From: a virus
Length of the DNA: 64,000 nt
Virus record (IMG/VR): IMGVR_UViG_3300005613_000046
Span: 8,052-72,051 of that record
Direction: 5' to 3' (one strand)
Shown piece after piece: positions 46,490 through 55,361 of the stretch. The position numbers were made by a program, and so were the translations under genes. The notes below the pieces were generated by a model. That model saw nothing but the letters and a program-made list of their open reading frames with translations. It was not told the DNA's origin and made no database searches. The number at the start of each line of letters is the position of its first letter. Positions within the stretch are counted from its first letter, which is position 1.

Positions 46490-47257
46490 TTAAAACGGAT
46501 AACAATTCTCAACCATTTCATATTTTTTATTCGCAATTTTTTTAACTTTTGAAACTGGGAAATCAAAATCTTCTGTTTCAATCGCTTCTTCACAAGAGTA
46601 ATACATTGATTCTTGACGATCTGTAATATGATCCCACTTACCCTCTTGTTTCCAATCTTGGAATAATTCTCTTAATCTTTCTTCGTCCATTTCTTCAACT
46701 TCTTCAGCTTTAGTATATGAATTTTCGTTTATCTCACCTAAAATCCATTCTTTAACATCTTCAATGTCTTCATCACCAGTAACTTCATAACCCGGATCAA
46801 ACATTCCTTCAGATTCAATGGTTTCTTCATCTTCGGCGTAAACTCCGTTCCAAACAACTGCGGTTCCAATATTAGTTTCAAATTCATCATACCATTTACA
46901 GGTAATTCTAACGTCCTCAAATTCAGAAATACAAATTGAGTAAAGTTTAATTAAAAATCCATCAGGAATATAAGAAGGAGTTTCTAATTTAATAATATCG
47001 TCAACACCTCCAGTGATCCATTTAGTTCCAACATTATCATAAAGCCATCCATGATTTACACCTGAATCTGTAATTGGATATTCAGTTTCACCATTGTTAT
47101 AAGGTTTTTTAAGTTCATCTTCGGTGTAAAATGTTTGAACAATAACTTTTGTTTCTTGTCCGTATTCTGCTTTTGGCATGTTGTCAAACATGTTACAGAT
47201 TTTATCCATTGCCTCTTCGGGTTCAATAGTTACTTGTGAATAAATAAAATTTGCCAT
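46490..47257 (-). CDS. Acidic protein, possibly YubB/DUF1281-like
   Basis: WLYDNVGTKW resembles the WxxxNWGTKW motif. Confidence 0.5.
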   Translation of the reverse strand: MANFIYSQVTIEPEEAMDKICNMFDNMPKAEYGQETKVIVQTFYTEDELKKPYNNGETEYPITDSGVNHGWLYDNVGTKWITGGVDDIIKLETPSYIPDGFLIKLYSICISEFEDVRITCKWYDEFETNIGTAVVWNGVYAEDEETIESEGMFDPGYEVTGDEDIEDVKEWILGEINENSYTKAEEVEEMDEERLRELFQDWKQEGKWDHITDRQESMYYSCEEAIETEDFDFPVSKVKKIANKKYEMVENCYPF

Positions 47258-47268
47258 TTTTGTTTTTT

Positions 47269-47508
47269 TTAATCGTTTAATTGTTGTTTATTTTCAAATG
47301 TAATATCCCAAGATGGTGATATTGGGTCATGTTTAGGTATTGGGTTAACAGGAACTGGTATCTGCTCAAATTGTCTAATTGACACCTGTGGTTTTTCATC
47401 AACAACCAAATTCATTTTTTCAACGATCGGCGTAATTTCAATCTGTTTATTTTCAAGTTTACCGGTTAAATAACCTTCTAACCACGCAAAAAATTCTTTA
47501 TGTGTCAT
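47269..47508 (-). CDS. Hypothetical protein
   Basis: EFFAWLEGY N-terminus, typical of small phage ORFs. Confidence 0.65.
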   Translation of the reverse strand: MTHKEFFAWLEGYLTGKLENKQIEITPIVEKMNLVVDEKPQVSIRQFEQIPVPVNPIPKHDPISPSWDITFENKQQLND

Positions 47509-47636
47509 CTTAATTCTCTACTATAAAGGTTTGCCAAAATAATTCTTGCGAATTTAAATTCTTTTGATCTGTTTAATCTCAAACCATAAGTTGATGCAAT
47601 ACTGTTCAAATAAGGCATCGCCTGAGATATTGTCAT
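47505..47636 (-). CDS. Small protein (43 aa)
   Basis: Hand translation MTISQAMPYLNSIASTYGLRLNRSKEF...; ATGA overlap with the next gene. Confidence 0.55.
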   Translation of the reverse strand: MTISQAMPYLNSIASTYGLRLNRSKEFKFARIILANLYSRELR

Positions 47637-47650
47637 TTTACCTATTTCCA

Positions 47651-47869
47651 TTAGTCAATGAATAATTCAAAATCACCATTAACATGTCCACATTCATTAC
47701 ACATGTATGTTGGAAATGGAACAATTGTGTCTTCGTGACTTCCTGTTAATAATTTAGGAACTTTTTTTAACATAGTTACTTCTTTGAAGAATCTTGACTC
47801 ACACTTTTCGCATTTAATCGTTTCTTGTTCTTTCAAATTAATTTTTGGTCTGATAATATCGTCGCTCAT
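47651..47869 (-). CDS. Zinc-ribbon protein
   Basis: CEKC...CNECGH. Confidence 0.75.
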   Translation of the reverse strand: MSDDIIRPKINLKEQETIKCEKCESRFFKEVTMLKKVPKLLTGSHEDTIVPFPTYMCNECGHVNGDFELFID

Positions 47870-47958
47870 TTTGTTATATATTTTATGTTTATTTTAATTG
47901 TTGATATATGATCCCAACTAGTTGTCGTGACCCATATTGGTGTAATTGTATTTTCCAT
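47866..47958 (-). CDS. Possible 30-aa peptide
   Basis: MENTITPIWVTTTSWDH...; ATGA overlap with the next gene. Confidence 0.4.
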   Translation of the reverse strand: MENTITPIWVTTTSWDHISTIKINIKYITK

Positions 47959-47971
47959 AATAAATTATAGT

Positions 47972-48835
47972 TTATTTTTTAATTTTAGTCAAATACTTTT
48001 CCATCTCCATTTCAAGTATTGTGTTCATAGTTTTTTTAGAAACACGATATTCGTGATACTCTCTTTCATCGGTTATTAAAACAACAATACAACCTAAAAG
48101 TGATATGTCTTCATATTTGGTTCCTTCCAACATCTTTAATAATAACTTACCATAAAAAGGTAATTGAGTGTTGTAGTGACCAAGAGCATTATCAGGTAAA
48201 TCTTGAAATGGTGCTTTCATTTTTTTGGTATAACGAGTGGTCTCAAAGTTCTTGGGTTTATTACTTTTCCAATCAGTAATTAATATTCCAATTTTACCAT
48301 TTGTTCCGACAACTAACCAAACCTTATCGGGTTGTCCTGTATAACCTAACTCAGGATGACCTAAAACCATCTCCGTATCAATCAACACACATCCTCTCTC
48401 TTTTAAAAGATCAATATATCTTTTACCTGCAACAATCATAGAATCACTTTTAATAATCTGTTCGGCATCACAATCAAATATTGGTTGACGAACTTCTTTT
48501 TCTATACCAAACTCTTTAAGGGTGTGTTCCTCTAAAATGAAGTGACAACGAGAACCTAAGTTTGTTGATTTTCTACCTAGTTCTGCCCATTCATTTATTA
48601 GTCGTTCAGCTTCGTCAGGATCTCCACCGGCTTTATTATACGCCGCTTGTTCTGTTGGAAATTCGTCATAAAAGATTTTCATGACTTTTGAAACGGATGG
48701 GAAATCACTTTTTAATTCACCATTCAAATTTAACATTGTGTATGTATGACTTTCTTCCTCAAAAGTGAGTTGGAATTCTTTTTGTTTTTGAGATATAATT
48801 TCTCTAATTTCTTGTGCTATTTTTTTTAAATCCAT
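47972..48835 (-). CDS. PD-(D/E)xK exonuclease (RecB/Cas4-like fold)
   Basis: PSVS, GSRCH, E, GQPD, DWKS and HYNTQLPFY motifs. Confidence 0.85.
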   Translation of the reverse strand: MDLKKIAQEIREIISQKQKEFQLTFEEESHTYTMLNLNGELKSDFPSVSKVMKIFYDEFPTEQAAYNKAGGDPDEAERLINEWAELGRKSTNLGSRCHFILEEHTLKEFGIEKEVRQPIFDCDAEQIIKSDSMIVAGKRYIDLLKERGCVLIDTEMVLGHPELGYTGQPDKVWLVVGTNGKIGILITDWKSNKPKNFETTRYTKKMKAPFQDLPDNALGHYNTQLPFYGKLLLKMLEGTKYEDISLLGCIVVLITDEREYHEYRVSKKTMNTILEMEMEKYLTKIKK

Positions 48836-49734
48836 TATCTAATAATATAATAATATTCATCTTTTATTTCACCCCTAAGATCAGCGATATCCTTATCATC
48901 GGGTAACTTTATTAATTTAATTCTACCCCAAAGTTCACCACCATGTAGTTCGTGATAAAGATTAACGGCATTTTGCCAAGCGTCAGCGTCTAAACAGATA
49001 ATAACATCACCTTTAGCCTTTTTGTATATTGTATTAAATAAAAGTTCTGACATATGTTTACCTAACATTGGAATTGAGTTTTCCACAAACAACCCATCAA
49101 AAGCCCCTTCAACTAAATAAATGTCTTTATTCCAATCAATAAGATTCTCCCAAAATATGATTTTATCTTTCTCTGCTTCAGGATTCTTGTATTTGGCTCG
49201 TGACATTGGATTCCAACTTCTTGCAATATAATAGTTTAATTCACCATTACTATTGTATGATGGAATTACAATACGACCAGCATGATCACCCTTATCACAG
49301 AACCCAATTTGATATTTTTCAATCATTAAATCGGTAATTCCCCGATTATGTAAGTAATTTATGGCAGCCCTTCTAACAGGATAAACCAAACTTGAGTCTT
49401 TAAATAAGGTAAACCCTTCAGGAAGTTTAAGTTGTTTTTTTGGTTTTTCACGTTTAACAACCGTTTCAGGTTTTAATACTTGATAAAGTTTTTTTTGTTT
49501 TTTATTTCCGTATTTATCAAATAATTTCCCCAAAGGTCCGTGAGTTCCGTCACTATCACCACACGACCAACATTTATAAACATTATCTACGTAATTAACT
49601 TCTAAATTATGTTTATTTCTATCATCATCACACACCGGGCAGTTGAAAGATATCTGCCCACGATTTGGGTAGTGAAGTCCGTGGTCACCCAAAACATCCT
49701 CTAATAACTCAACTAACGCTTCATTTTCATCCAT
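48835..49734 (-). CDS. dnaG: DNA primase (zinc finger + TOPRIM)
   Basis: CPVC..CWSC; YLHNRGI; KYKNP; VEGAFD; LDAD. Confidence 0.92.
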   Translation of the reverse strand: MDENEALVELLEDVLGDHGLHYPNRGQISFNCPVCDDDRNKHNLEVNYVDNVYKCWSCGDSDGTHGPLGKLFDKYGNKKQKKLYQVLKPETVVKREKPKKQLKLPEGFTLFKDSSLVYPVRRAAINYLHNRGITDLMIEKYQIGFCDKGDHAGRIVIPSYNSNGELNYYIARSWNPMSRAKYKNPEAEKDKIIFWENLIDWNKDIYLVEGAFDGLFVENSIPMLGKHMSELLFNTIYKKAKGDVIICLDADAWQNAVNLYHELHGGELWGRIKLIKLPDDKDIADLRGEIKDEYYYIIR

Positions 49735-49826
49735 CCCTTACAATATAATTAAAAACTTTCAATCAATCAACTACACAAAGTTTTATATTTTTTTTACATT
49801 TATTTTAGTTATATACCAAACTTAAA

Positions 49827-50042
49827 ATGAAAAACACAAGAAATACCATATTAGACTTTTTGGCGAGTCTTCTTATAGTATTTGTTTTTTTATCGCTATT
49901 TTGGTATTTGATTTCAGAATATGTAGACTTAATTAAAAATAAACAAACAAGGACGGTAACATTAATAACAACCATTATCACAATTATTTTAATGGTTTTA
50001 ATTTATAATAACCCAGAATTTGTTAAATCAATACTTAAATAA
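49827..50042 (+). CDS. Two-TM membrane protein
   Basis: Two hydrophobic segments. Confidence 0.6.
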   Translation: MKNTRNTILDFLASLLIVFVFLSLFWYLISEYVDLIKNKQTRTVTLITTIITIILMVLIYNNPEFVKSILK

Positions 50043-50043
50043 G

Positions 50044-50361
50044 ATGTTAGAAAAAGGATTCAATACAATAAGAAAAGGATTATGGATATGGGGAGCGTTT
50101 ATCATTTTAAAAGCCATTATAGAAGAAATAATTTTTTTTAAACAAAAAAAAGAAATGAGAAAATTACCAAAATATTTTAAATACATTGGTAAATACACTG
50201 AAGGTGGATTCACACCAAATAAAATATATAAATGTTTAAACCCATCAAACATAAATGCCGAAGCAAATTTCATTGACGATCATGGCGATATTAATGGATA
50301 TTGCGGATTTAACGATAAAATGTTTGTTGAATCCACAAAAGAAGAATTTCTAAAACAATAA
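50044..50361 (+). CDS. Hypothetical protein with N-terminal TM
   Basis: Start placed at MLEKG; FTPNKIY motif. Confidence 0.55.
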   Translation: MLEKGFNTIRKGLWIWGAFIILKAIIEEIIFFKQKKEMRKLPKYFKYIGKYTEGGFTPNKIYKCLNPSNINAEANFIDDHGDINGYCGFNDKMFVESTKEEFLKQ

Positions 50362-50415
50362 ATTATAATCTAACCACTACACAAAGTTTTATCATCTTTT
50401 ATATTTATTGATGAT

Positions 50416-50634
50416 ATGCCAACACAAATTACAATATCATCACTTTCGGGATCATCACCTTTTGATGTTTACGCCTGTGATACGGGTTATACTACTTGTA
50501 TATATATTAATACAATAACCCCAAGTCAAATTCCCTATACATTTAACTTACCTCCGATTATGGAAAGTTTGGAGTTTTTTGATATTAAAGTTGTTGATAA
50601 TAATGATTGTGTCATATCTGAAACTTTAACATAA
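50416..50634 (+). CDS. Small Cys-containing structural protein (paralog of 60437-60742)
   Basis: PF..ACD...C.Y...PY.F.L.P...IKVVD..C pattern shared with 60437-60742; ATATTTAT at 50401-50408. Confidence 0.7.
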   Translation: MPTQITISSLSGSSPFDVYACDTGYTTCIYINTITPSQIPYTFNLPPIMESLEFFDIKVVDNNDCVISETLT

Positions 50635-50635
50635 T

Positions 50636-52126
50636 ATGGCTTGTAATAATTTAGGAGTATTTGCGATTGACACCTCCGCTAGTTTGGATCTTTGTCTTTC
50701 AGCACAAACGGACACCGTATATGGTGATAGTTTGGATATTGGTCAAGAATTATATCTTGATTCAGGTTGCACCCTCTCTTTATCATTAACTTATTTAAGT
50801 AATGGCGTTAATTTATATGAAACAGATTTGGCAGGAGAAATTATCGGTATATCAGGTTGCACTTGTGATTTTTTAGGGACATTTGCCGCAGCTTCGGATC
50901 CCGATGTAACTTGTTTATCCCCATTATCCATCGATTTATATGGAACCGATCTAAATATTGGAAGTATTGTGTATACAGACTCTGCTTGCACCTCAACAGC
51001 GTTATTATCATACTACTCAGATGGTGTAACGGTTTATGATGTTGACGGTGCTGGAGAGATTTTGGGTTTATCTGCCTGCACCTGTCCAGGTATATTTTGT
51101 GTTCAAAATGACACAACTTATGATGATACTTATTATATTGCAGGAACTTATGATGGTGAGTCTTATTATACGGGTGAATCGACAAGTTATGTAATATATT
51201 ATTCAACAGGTGAAACTAGATGGTGTTTGGCACAAAATCTTGGTGATCCGTGTGATCAGTTTGGTCCTTATGGTAGCACAAGCACTTGTCCTGATTTAGA
51301 TGATAGTGTTGTTTATTTTGGTGTTTGTACGACAACCACAACAACAATTAACCCCTGTTCTACATTAGATTTGGAGGCCGTTTTTGATTGTTATGTCACA
51401 CCAACTCCTACGGTGACACCTTCTAACACTCCAACACCAACTCCAACTCCAACACCGACAACTTCAAATATTTGTGGTGGTGTTTCTATGATTGTAAGTG
51501 CTTCAGGGGTAACACCAACACCGACACCTTCATTTACACCATCTCCAACACCAACACCGGTGGTTGAGCGTCCTTGTAATTTTTCAGGTGAGGTAATATT
51601 TAATCAATTCTCAGAAATTATTCAATGTTCTAATAGTAAAAAATTCAGAGATTGTTTAACAGGTATTCAATATTTTACTTCAGATTTAGTCTTGGTTTCA
51701 GGAACAACATCACCAAAAGAAGGTTATGTTTATAATGCAATTATTAATGGTCAAGGTTATTGTGTGATATATGATGGTTTGTTTGAAAATATAAGTGGTG
51801 TTGATACTATTGATTTAATTACTGAAATCGGTTCTACTGTGGACGGAGCCTGTTTAGACTGTATTCCTAATCTAACTCAAACACCAACTCCAACACCGAC
51901 AAATACACCAACACCAACACCTAGTCCATCTCCTTGTGTTCAATTTGAATATTTGGTTTCAAACATAAGTGAATCTATGATCAAAATAAGTTACTCAACT
52001 TGTGATGGAGGATCTCAAACAATATCTTTAAATGGTGGTTTATCAATCATTTTATGTTCTTCAACAACCCCAATTTCAAATAATCCTCAGAGCGTAGAGG
52101 TTCAAAATACAGGATTTGTATGTTAA
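50636..52126 (+). CDS. Cys-rich putative virion fibre/decoration protein with PT linkers
   Basis: Duplicated N-terminal Cys module; three (TP)n tracts. Confidence 0.65.
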   Translation: MACNNLGVFAIDTSASLDLCLSAQTDTVYGDSLDIGQELYLDSGCTLSLSLTYLSNGVNLYETDLAGEIIGISGCTCDFLGTFAAASDPDVTCLSPLSIDLYGTDLNIGSIVYTDSACTSTALLSYYSDGVTVYDVDGAGEILGLSACTCPGIFCVQNDTTYDDTYYIAGTYDGESYYTGESTSYVIYYSTGETRWCLAQNLGDPCDQFGPYGSTSTCPDLDDSVVYFGVCTTTTTTINPCSTLDLEAVFDCYVTPTPTVTPSNTPTPTPTPTPTTSNICGGVSMIVSASGVTPTPTPSFTPSPTPTPVVERPCNFSGEVIFNQFSEIIQCSNSKKFRDCLTGIQYFTSDLVLVSGTTSPKEGYVYNAIINGQGYCVIYDGLFENISGVDTIDLITEIGSTVDGACLDCIPNLTQTPTPTPTNTPTPTPSPSPCVQFEYLVSNISESMIKISYSTCDGGSQTISLNGGLSIILCSSTTPISNNPQSVEVQNTGFVC

Positions 52127-52156
52127 AAAAAAATATCGTCTAAAAAGACGATATTT
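52125..52156. terminator. Terminator between convergent genes
   Basis: AAATATCGTC-TAAAAA-GACGATATTT. Confidence 0.75.
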
Positions 52157-52181
52157 CACATAATCGGTATATTAAACGATA

Positions 52182-52787
52182 TTACTCCCAAACACCTTTA
52201 AATCTCATAAATCCTAATACACAAGTATAAGCATCTGTTTGGTCAAAGTTTTCTTTCTTAAGAGTATTATTTCTTGTATAATGCCATTTAATTTGTGGTT
52301 CTCGTTTTGCAACCTTTTCCCATATAATCATTTTCTTATCAACATCTTTTGGTAAACCACCAAATAAAACATGTTTTTTCTTATCATTTTCTTGAACTAA
52401 ATCAGGAAATGCAAATTTTCTTGAGTTATATGTTGATATAAATTCAGGGACTATTCCTAATATGTTATATACTTCTTTGAATACGAAGCTATTAAATCTA
52501 AGTAATGTTTGAATGGTGTATACGTTATTTGAATTAAGTAATGGTTCTTCAATCACAACTCTTACAATACCTAAGTTTTTATATTCTTTTAATTTCTCTG
52601 CGAATATCTCAGACTTTAATAAAAGTTCTTTAATCTTATCTTCATCTTTATCTACTTTTGGTCTTGGTGATACATGGGTTAATTCCAATAATTCTTGTGT
52701 GACAATGTCAAATAAGGCCCATCCAATTGTTTTGGTTGATATATCAAGACCAAGGACTTTTGGGCTGTTTTTTAGATTTTTTCTCAT
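52182..52787 (-). CDS. RuvC-like Holliday junction resolvase
   Basis: VLGLDISTKTIG, VVIEEP and DQTDA (RNase H-fold acidic residues). Confidence 0.8.
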   Translation of the reverse strand: MRKNLKNSPKVLGLDISTKTIGWALFDIVTQELLELTHVSPRPKVDKDEDKIKELLLKSEIFAEKLKEYKNLGIVRVVIEEPLLNSNNVYTIQTLLRFNSFVFKEVYNILGIVPEFISTYNSRKFAFPDLVQENDKKKHVLFGGLPKDVDKKMIIWEKVAKREPQIKWHYTRNNTLKKENFDQTDAYTCVLGFMRFKGVWE

Positions 52788-52843
52788 AAACTATTTGTTA
52801 TACTTAATTATTATAAGTCAAAAGAATTAAAATTAAAGTTTTG

Positions 52844-55333
52844 CTAAAAATCTAACTTAACAACGTATTGTTGAATGCCTTGTCGAAGAACTGGTGATTG
52901 TAATTTTGACATAACCATAATATCTTGATTTTCGTCTAATAAAGCAATTTCAGTAACATAAGATTGAGTTCCTTTAGTCCATGTTGGGTTCTGTGAAACT
53001 AAAAACTCAGATGAACTTAGATTTATCTTATATTTCATTTCATAAATCGTAGCTTGTATATCTGTTTCTAAATTACCATAGAAATAATATTCATCACCAA
53101 AGTTTAATTTTTGACCCGTTTCACCATTAGAAACTAATGGAACAAAATTATTAAGATTATAGAATGGTGCTGCTGAATAATTTTCAGAAGTTATTACAAA
53201 TGTAGTTGCCGTTAAAGATTCTTGGGTTACATATCCATTAACAAAGAAACTACTTGCTTGATCGGTAAAATCTATTAGTCTCCACGCTTCAGGTGTTGGT
53301 CTTTGTCCTGATGGAACTTTTTGAGCTAATACTTGGAATTCATTAGCGTAAAAACCTTGTGGGACTACGCAAGTTGGACAAGAAGTAGTTGTAGTCGTTA
53401 CAAATTGTGTTGTTGTTGTAGTTGTAGGACTTATTGTAGTTGTAGTGGTTGTTGGTGAAAATCCTGGTTGAACTAAACAATTAAAGTCTCCACCAAATCT
53501 AACCGCAACATTTTTAGGGGTTTCAGGACTACAAACATTTTCGGTTCCAACAACATTAACATAATAATTACAATGTAATGAATTTGTAAAGAAGTTTGAA
53601 TTGGACAATCTATAAGTCACCCACATTGTTTCTCCACCACCCGTTAAAACTCCTGTGGTGTTTGAAACTCCACAAGTATTTGGTGTTAATAATGAAACTT
53701 GAGGTGCTGGTAAAGTCCAGTTTCTATTAGATTTATATGAAAGAGCTGCAACCAATTCCTCATCGTCAATGATAATTAATTTTGAATCAGGATAAACTTT
53801 ACCAATTCTACTTGGAAGTCCGTTAGGTTGAGCGAAAGTGTCCCATAAGTTATAATATCTAAGACCTGGCTTATTCATATTTGTCGAAACACTTGATTTA
53901 GTGTATTGAACTTGGAATAAGTTTTTACCTTCAAATCCTGGAGGATCCACCCAAAATGTTTGACCAAAACAACATTCAGGATTTTTATGCCACATTATTG
54001 TTGGCATATGTAGTTTAAAGTTTCTTGCCTGACCTTGTGTATTTTCAGGATTTTGAGTGTCGTATGGTTGTAATGCGAATTTTTCACCGTAGAAAAAGTC
54101 TATTGTTTGATTAGTATAGTGAATTATTGCAATCGCTTTTTGATCTTTCGGTTCAACAACATTTTTTTCACCAAATGAATTATAGTAATAAACATCATCT
54201 GTGGATGTTTGAGCACTTGTTGTATATCCAAAATATTCTTTTTGTCCAATATAATTAACTGAACCAAATTTTGTATAATCTTGATATTGTGAAGATATTA
54301 ATCCCGCTGGACTTTCAGTCCACGGAATGTTCATATTCCATATTTTAACATCAAATTGATCTGTATCACAAACTGATTCAAAATCAATTACGTTTTGACT
54401 CCAATGTTGTTCAGGTGTAAAACTATCATATAAAGGAACCATTTGTGGTGGATATATAATTGTTCTAGCAATACAATCACTCGCCAAATTTGTAAAATCA
54501 GGTGTTGGTCTATCTAATGTTAATTTATCACCACAAACATCAATAATTCTGTATGTTAAAATTGAAAAACATGATATAACATCTGTTAAACAATCTGGCG
54601 GTGGTGGTAACGGACACTGAGCACTTGGCGTTGGTGTTAAACACGGAGTTTGTGTTGGTGATGGTGTAGGTGTAGGTGATGCGCAAATATCTGAAGTTGT
54701 GCTCGAAGGTGTTGGTGTTGGTGTAGGAGTTTGTCCCACAGACGCACTTGGTGTTGGTGTTGGGAAATTAGAACAAGAACAATTTGTTTTTGCTCTACCG
54801 TCGTAATAAATTGTAATAAAATCACCAATTTGAGGTGTGTTATTATTAAATTCATTACAATCTAATCTATAAACATTTATTTCATTAGTTCCGTTTAATG
54901 TTGACATGTTCACAACATAATTAGGGGTAACAACATAAGTGTTATTAACTAACGCTTTCCAATCAACCGTAGATGCTGTTGTATTTCCTGTGAAAAATCC
55001 TCTCATTGCGGCTCTATTATAAACCGACTCAATTTGAGAATCCATAAATGGTATTCCAAAAATATTTGTTTGTCCCTCATCAACTAAATAAGGATACTTA
55101 ATGTATTGTCTGTTTGATTCAGGAACACCGCTACTATTTTGTGAATTAAATTGTGGTTCTAATACAACAGTGTTTGATTGATTATATGTTGAGGGTAATT
55201 TGTTATATGATATTTCACTATCTCCAATTGCAAAATAGGAAATTCTAAAATTACCTTCAGATAATCTTTGTCTACCTGTGTCAGTAACACGGGTGTTAAC
55301 TAATCCTGATGTATTTTTTATTATGTATGCCAT
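52844..55333 (-). CDS. Tail/baseplate structural protein with PT and poly-T insertions
   Basis: N-terminal TDTGR..FAIGDSE and C-terminal YVTEIALLD..SKL..P..VKLDF, as in tail-collar/baseplate-type proteins; ATATTTAT at 55341-55348. Confidence 0.65.
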   Translation of the reverse strand: MAYIIKNTSGLVNTRVTDTGRQRLSEGNFRISYFAIGDSEISYNKLPSTYNQSNTVVLEPQFNSQNSSGVPESNRQYIKYPYLVDEGQTNIFGIPFMDSQIESVYNRAAMRGFFTGNTTASTVDWKALVNNTYVVTPNYVVNMSTLNGTNEINVYRLDCNEFNNNTPQIGDFITIYYDGRAKTNCSCSNFPTPTPSASVGQTPTPTPTPSSTTSDICASPTPTPSPTQTPCLTPTPSAQCPLPPPPDCLTDVISCFSILTYRIIDVCGDKLTLDRPTPDFTNLASDCIARTIIYPPQMVPLYDSFTPEQHWSQNVIDFESVCDTDQFDVKIWNMNIPWTESPAGLISSQYQDYTKFGSVNYIGQKEYFGYTTSAQTSTDDVYYYNSFGEKNVVEPKDQKAIAIIHYTNQTIDFFYGEKFALQPYDTQNPENTQGQARNFKLHMPTIMWHKNPECCFGQTFWVDPPGFEGKNLFQVQYTKSSVSTNMNKPGLRYYNLWDTFAQPNGLPSRIGKVYPDSKLIIIDDEELVAALSYKSNRNWTLPAPQVSLLTPNTCGVSNTTGVLTGGGETMWVTYRLSNSNFFTNSLHCNYYVNVVGTENVCSPETPKNVAVRFGGDFNCLVQPGFSPTTTTTTISPTTTTTTQFVTTTTTSCPTCVVPQGFYANEFQVLAQKVPSGQRPTPEAWRLIDFTDQASSFFVNGYVTQESLTATTFVITSENYSAAPFYNLNNFVPLVSNGETGQKLNFGDEYYFYGNLETDIQATIYEMKYKINLSSSEFLVSQNPTWTKGTQSYVTEIALLDENQDIMVMSKLQSPVLRQGIQQYVVKLDF

Positions 55334-55361
55334 TTATAGAATAAATATTGTTTTATTACTT

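Larger units (their letters stand above)
49770..50392 (+). repeat. 17-bp direct repeats flanking two genes
   Basis: ACTACACAAAGTTTTAT at 49770-49786 and 50376-50392. Confidence 0.8.

Noticed and set aside
47972-48835. Cas4 as part of a CRISPR system
   Set aside because: No four-Cys Fe-S cluster pattern and no cas context; it sits in the replication operon
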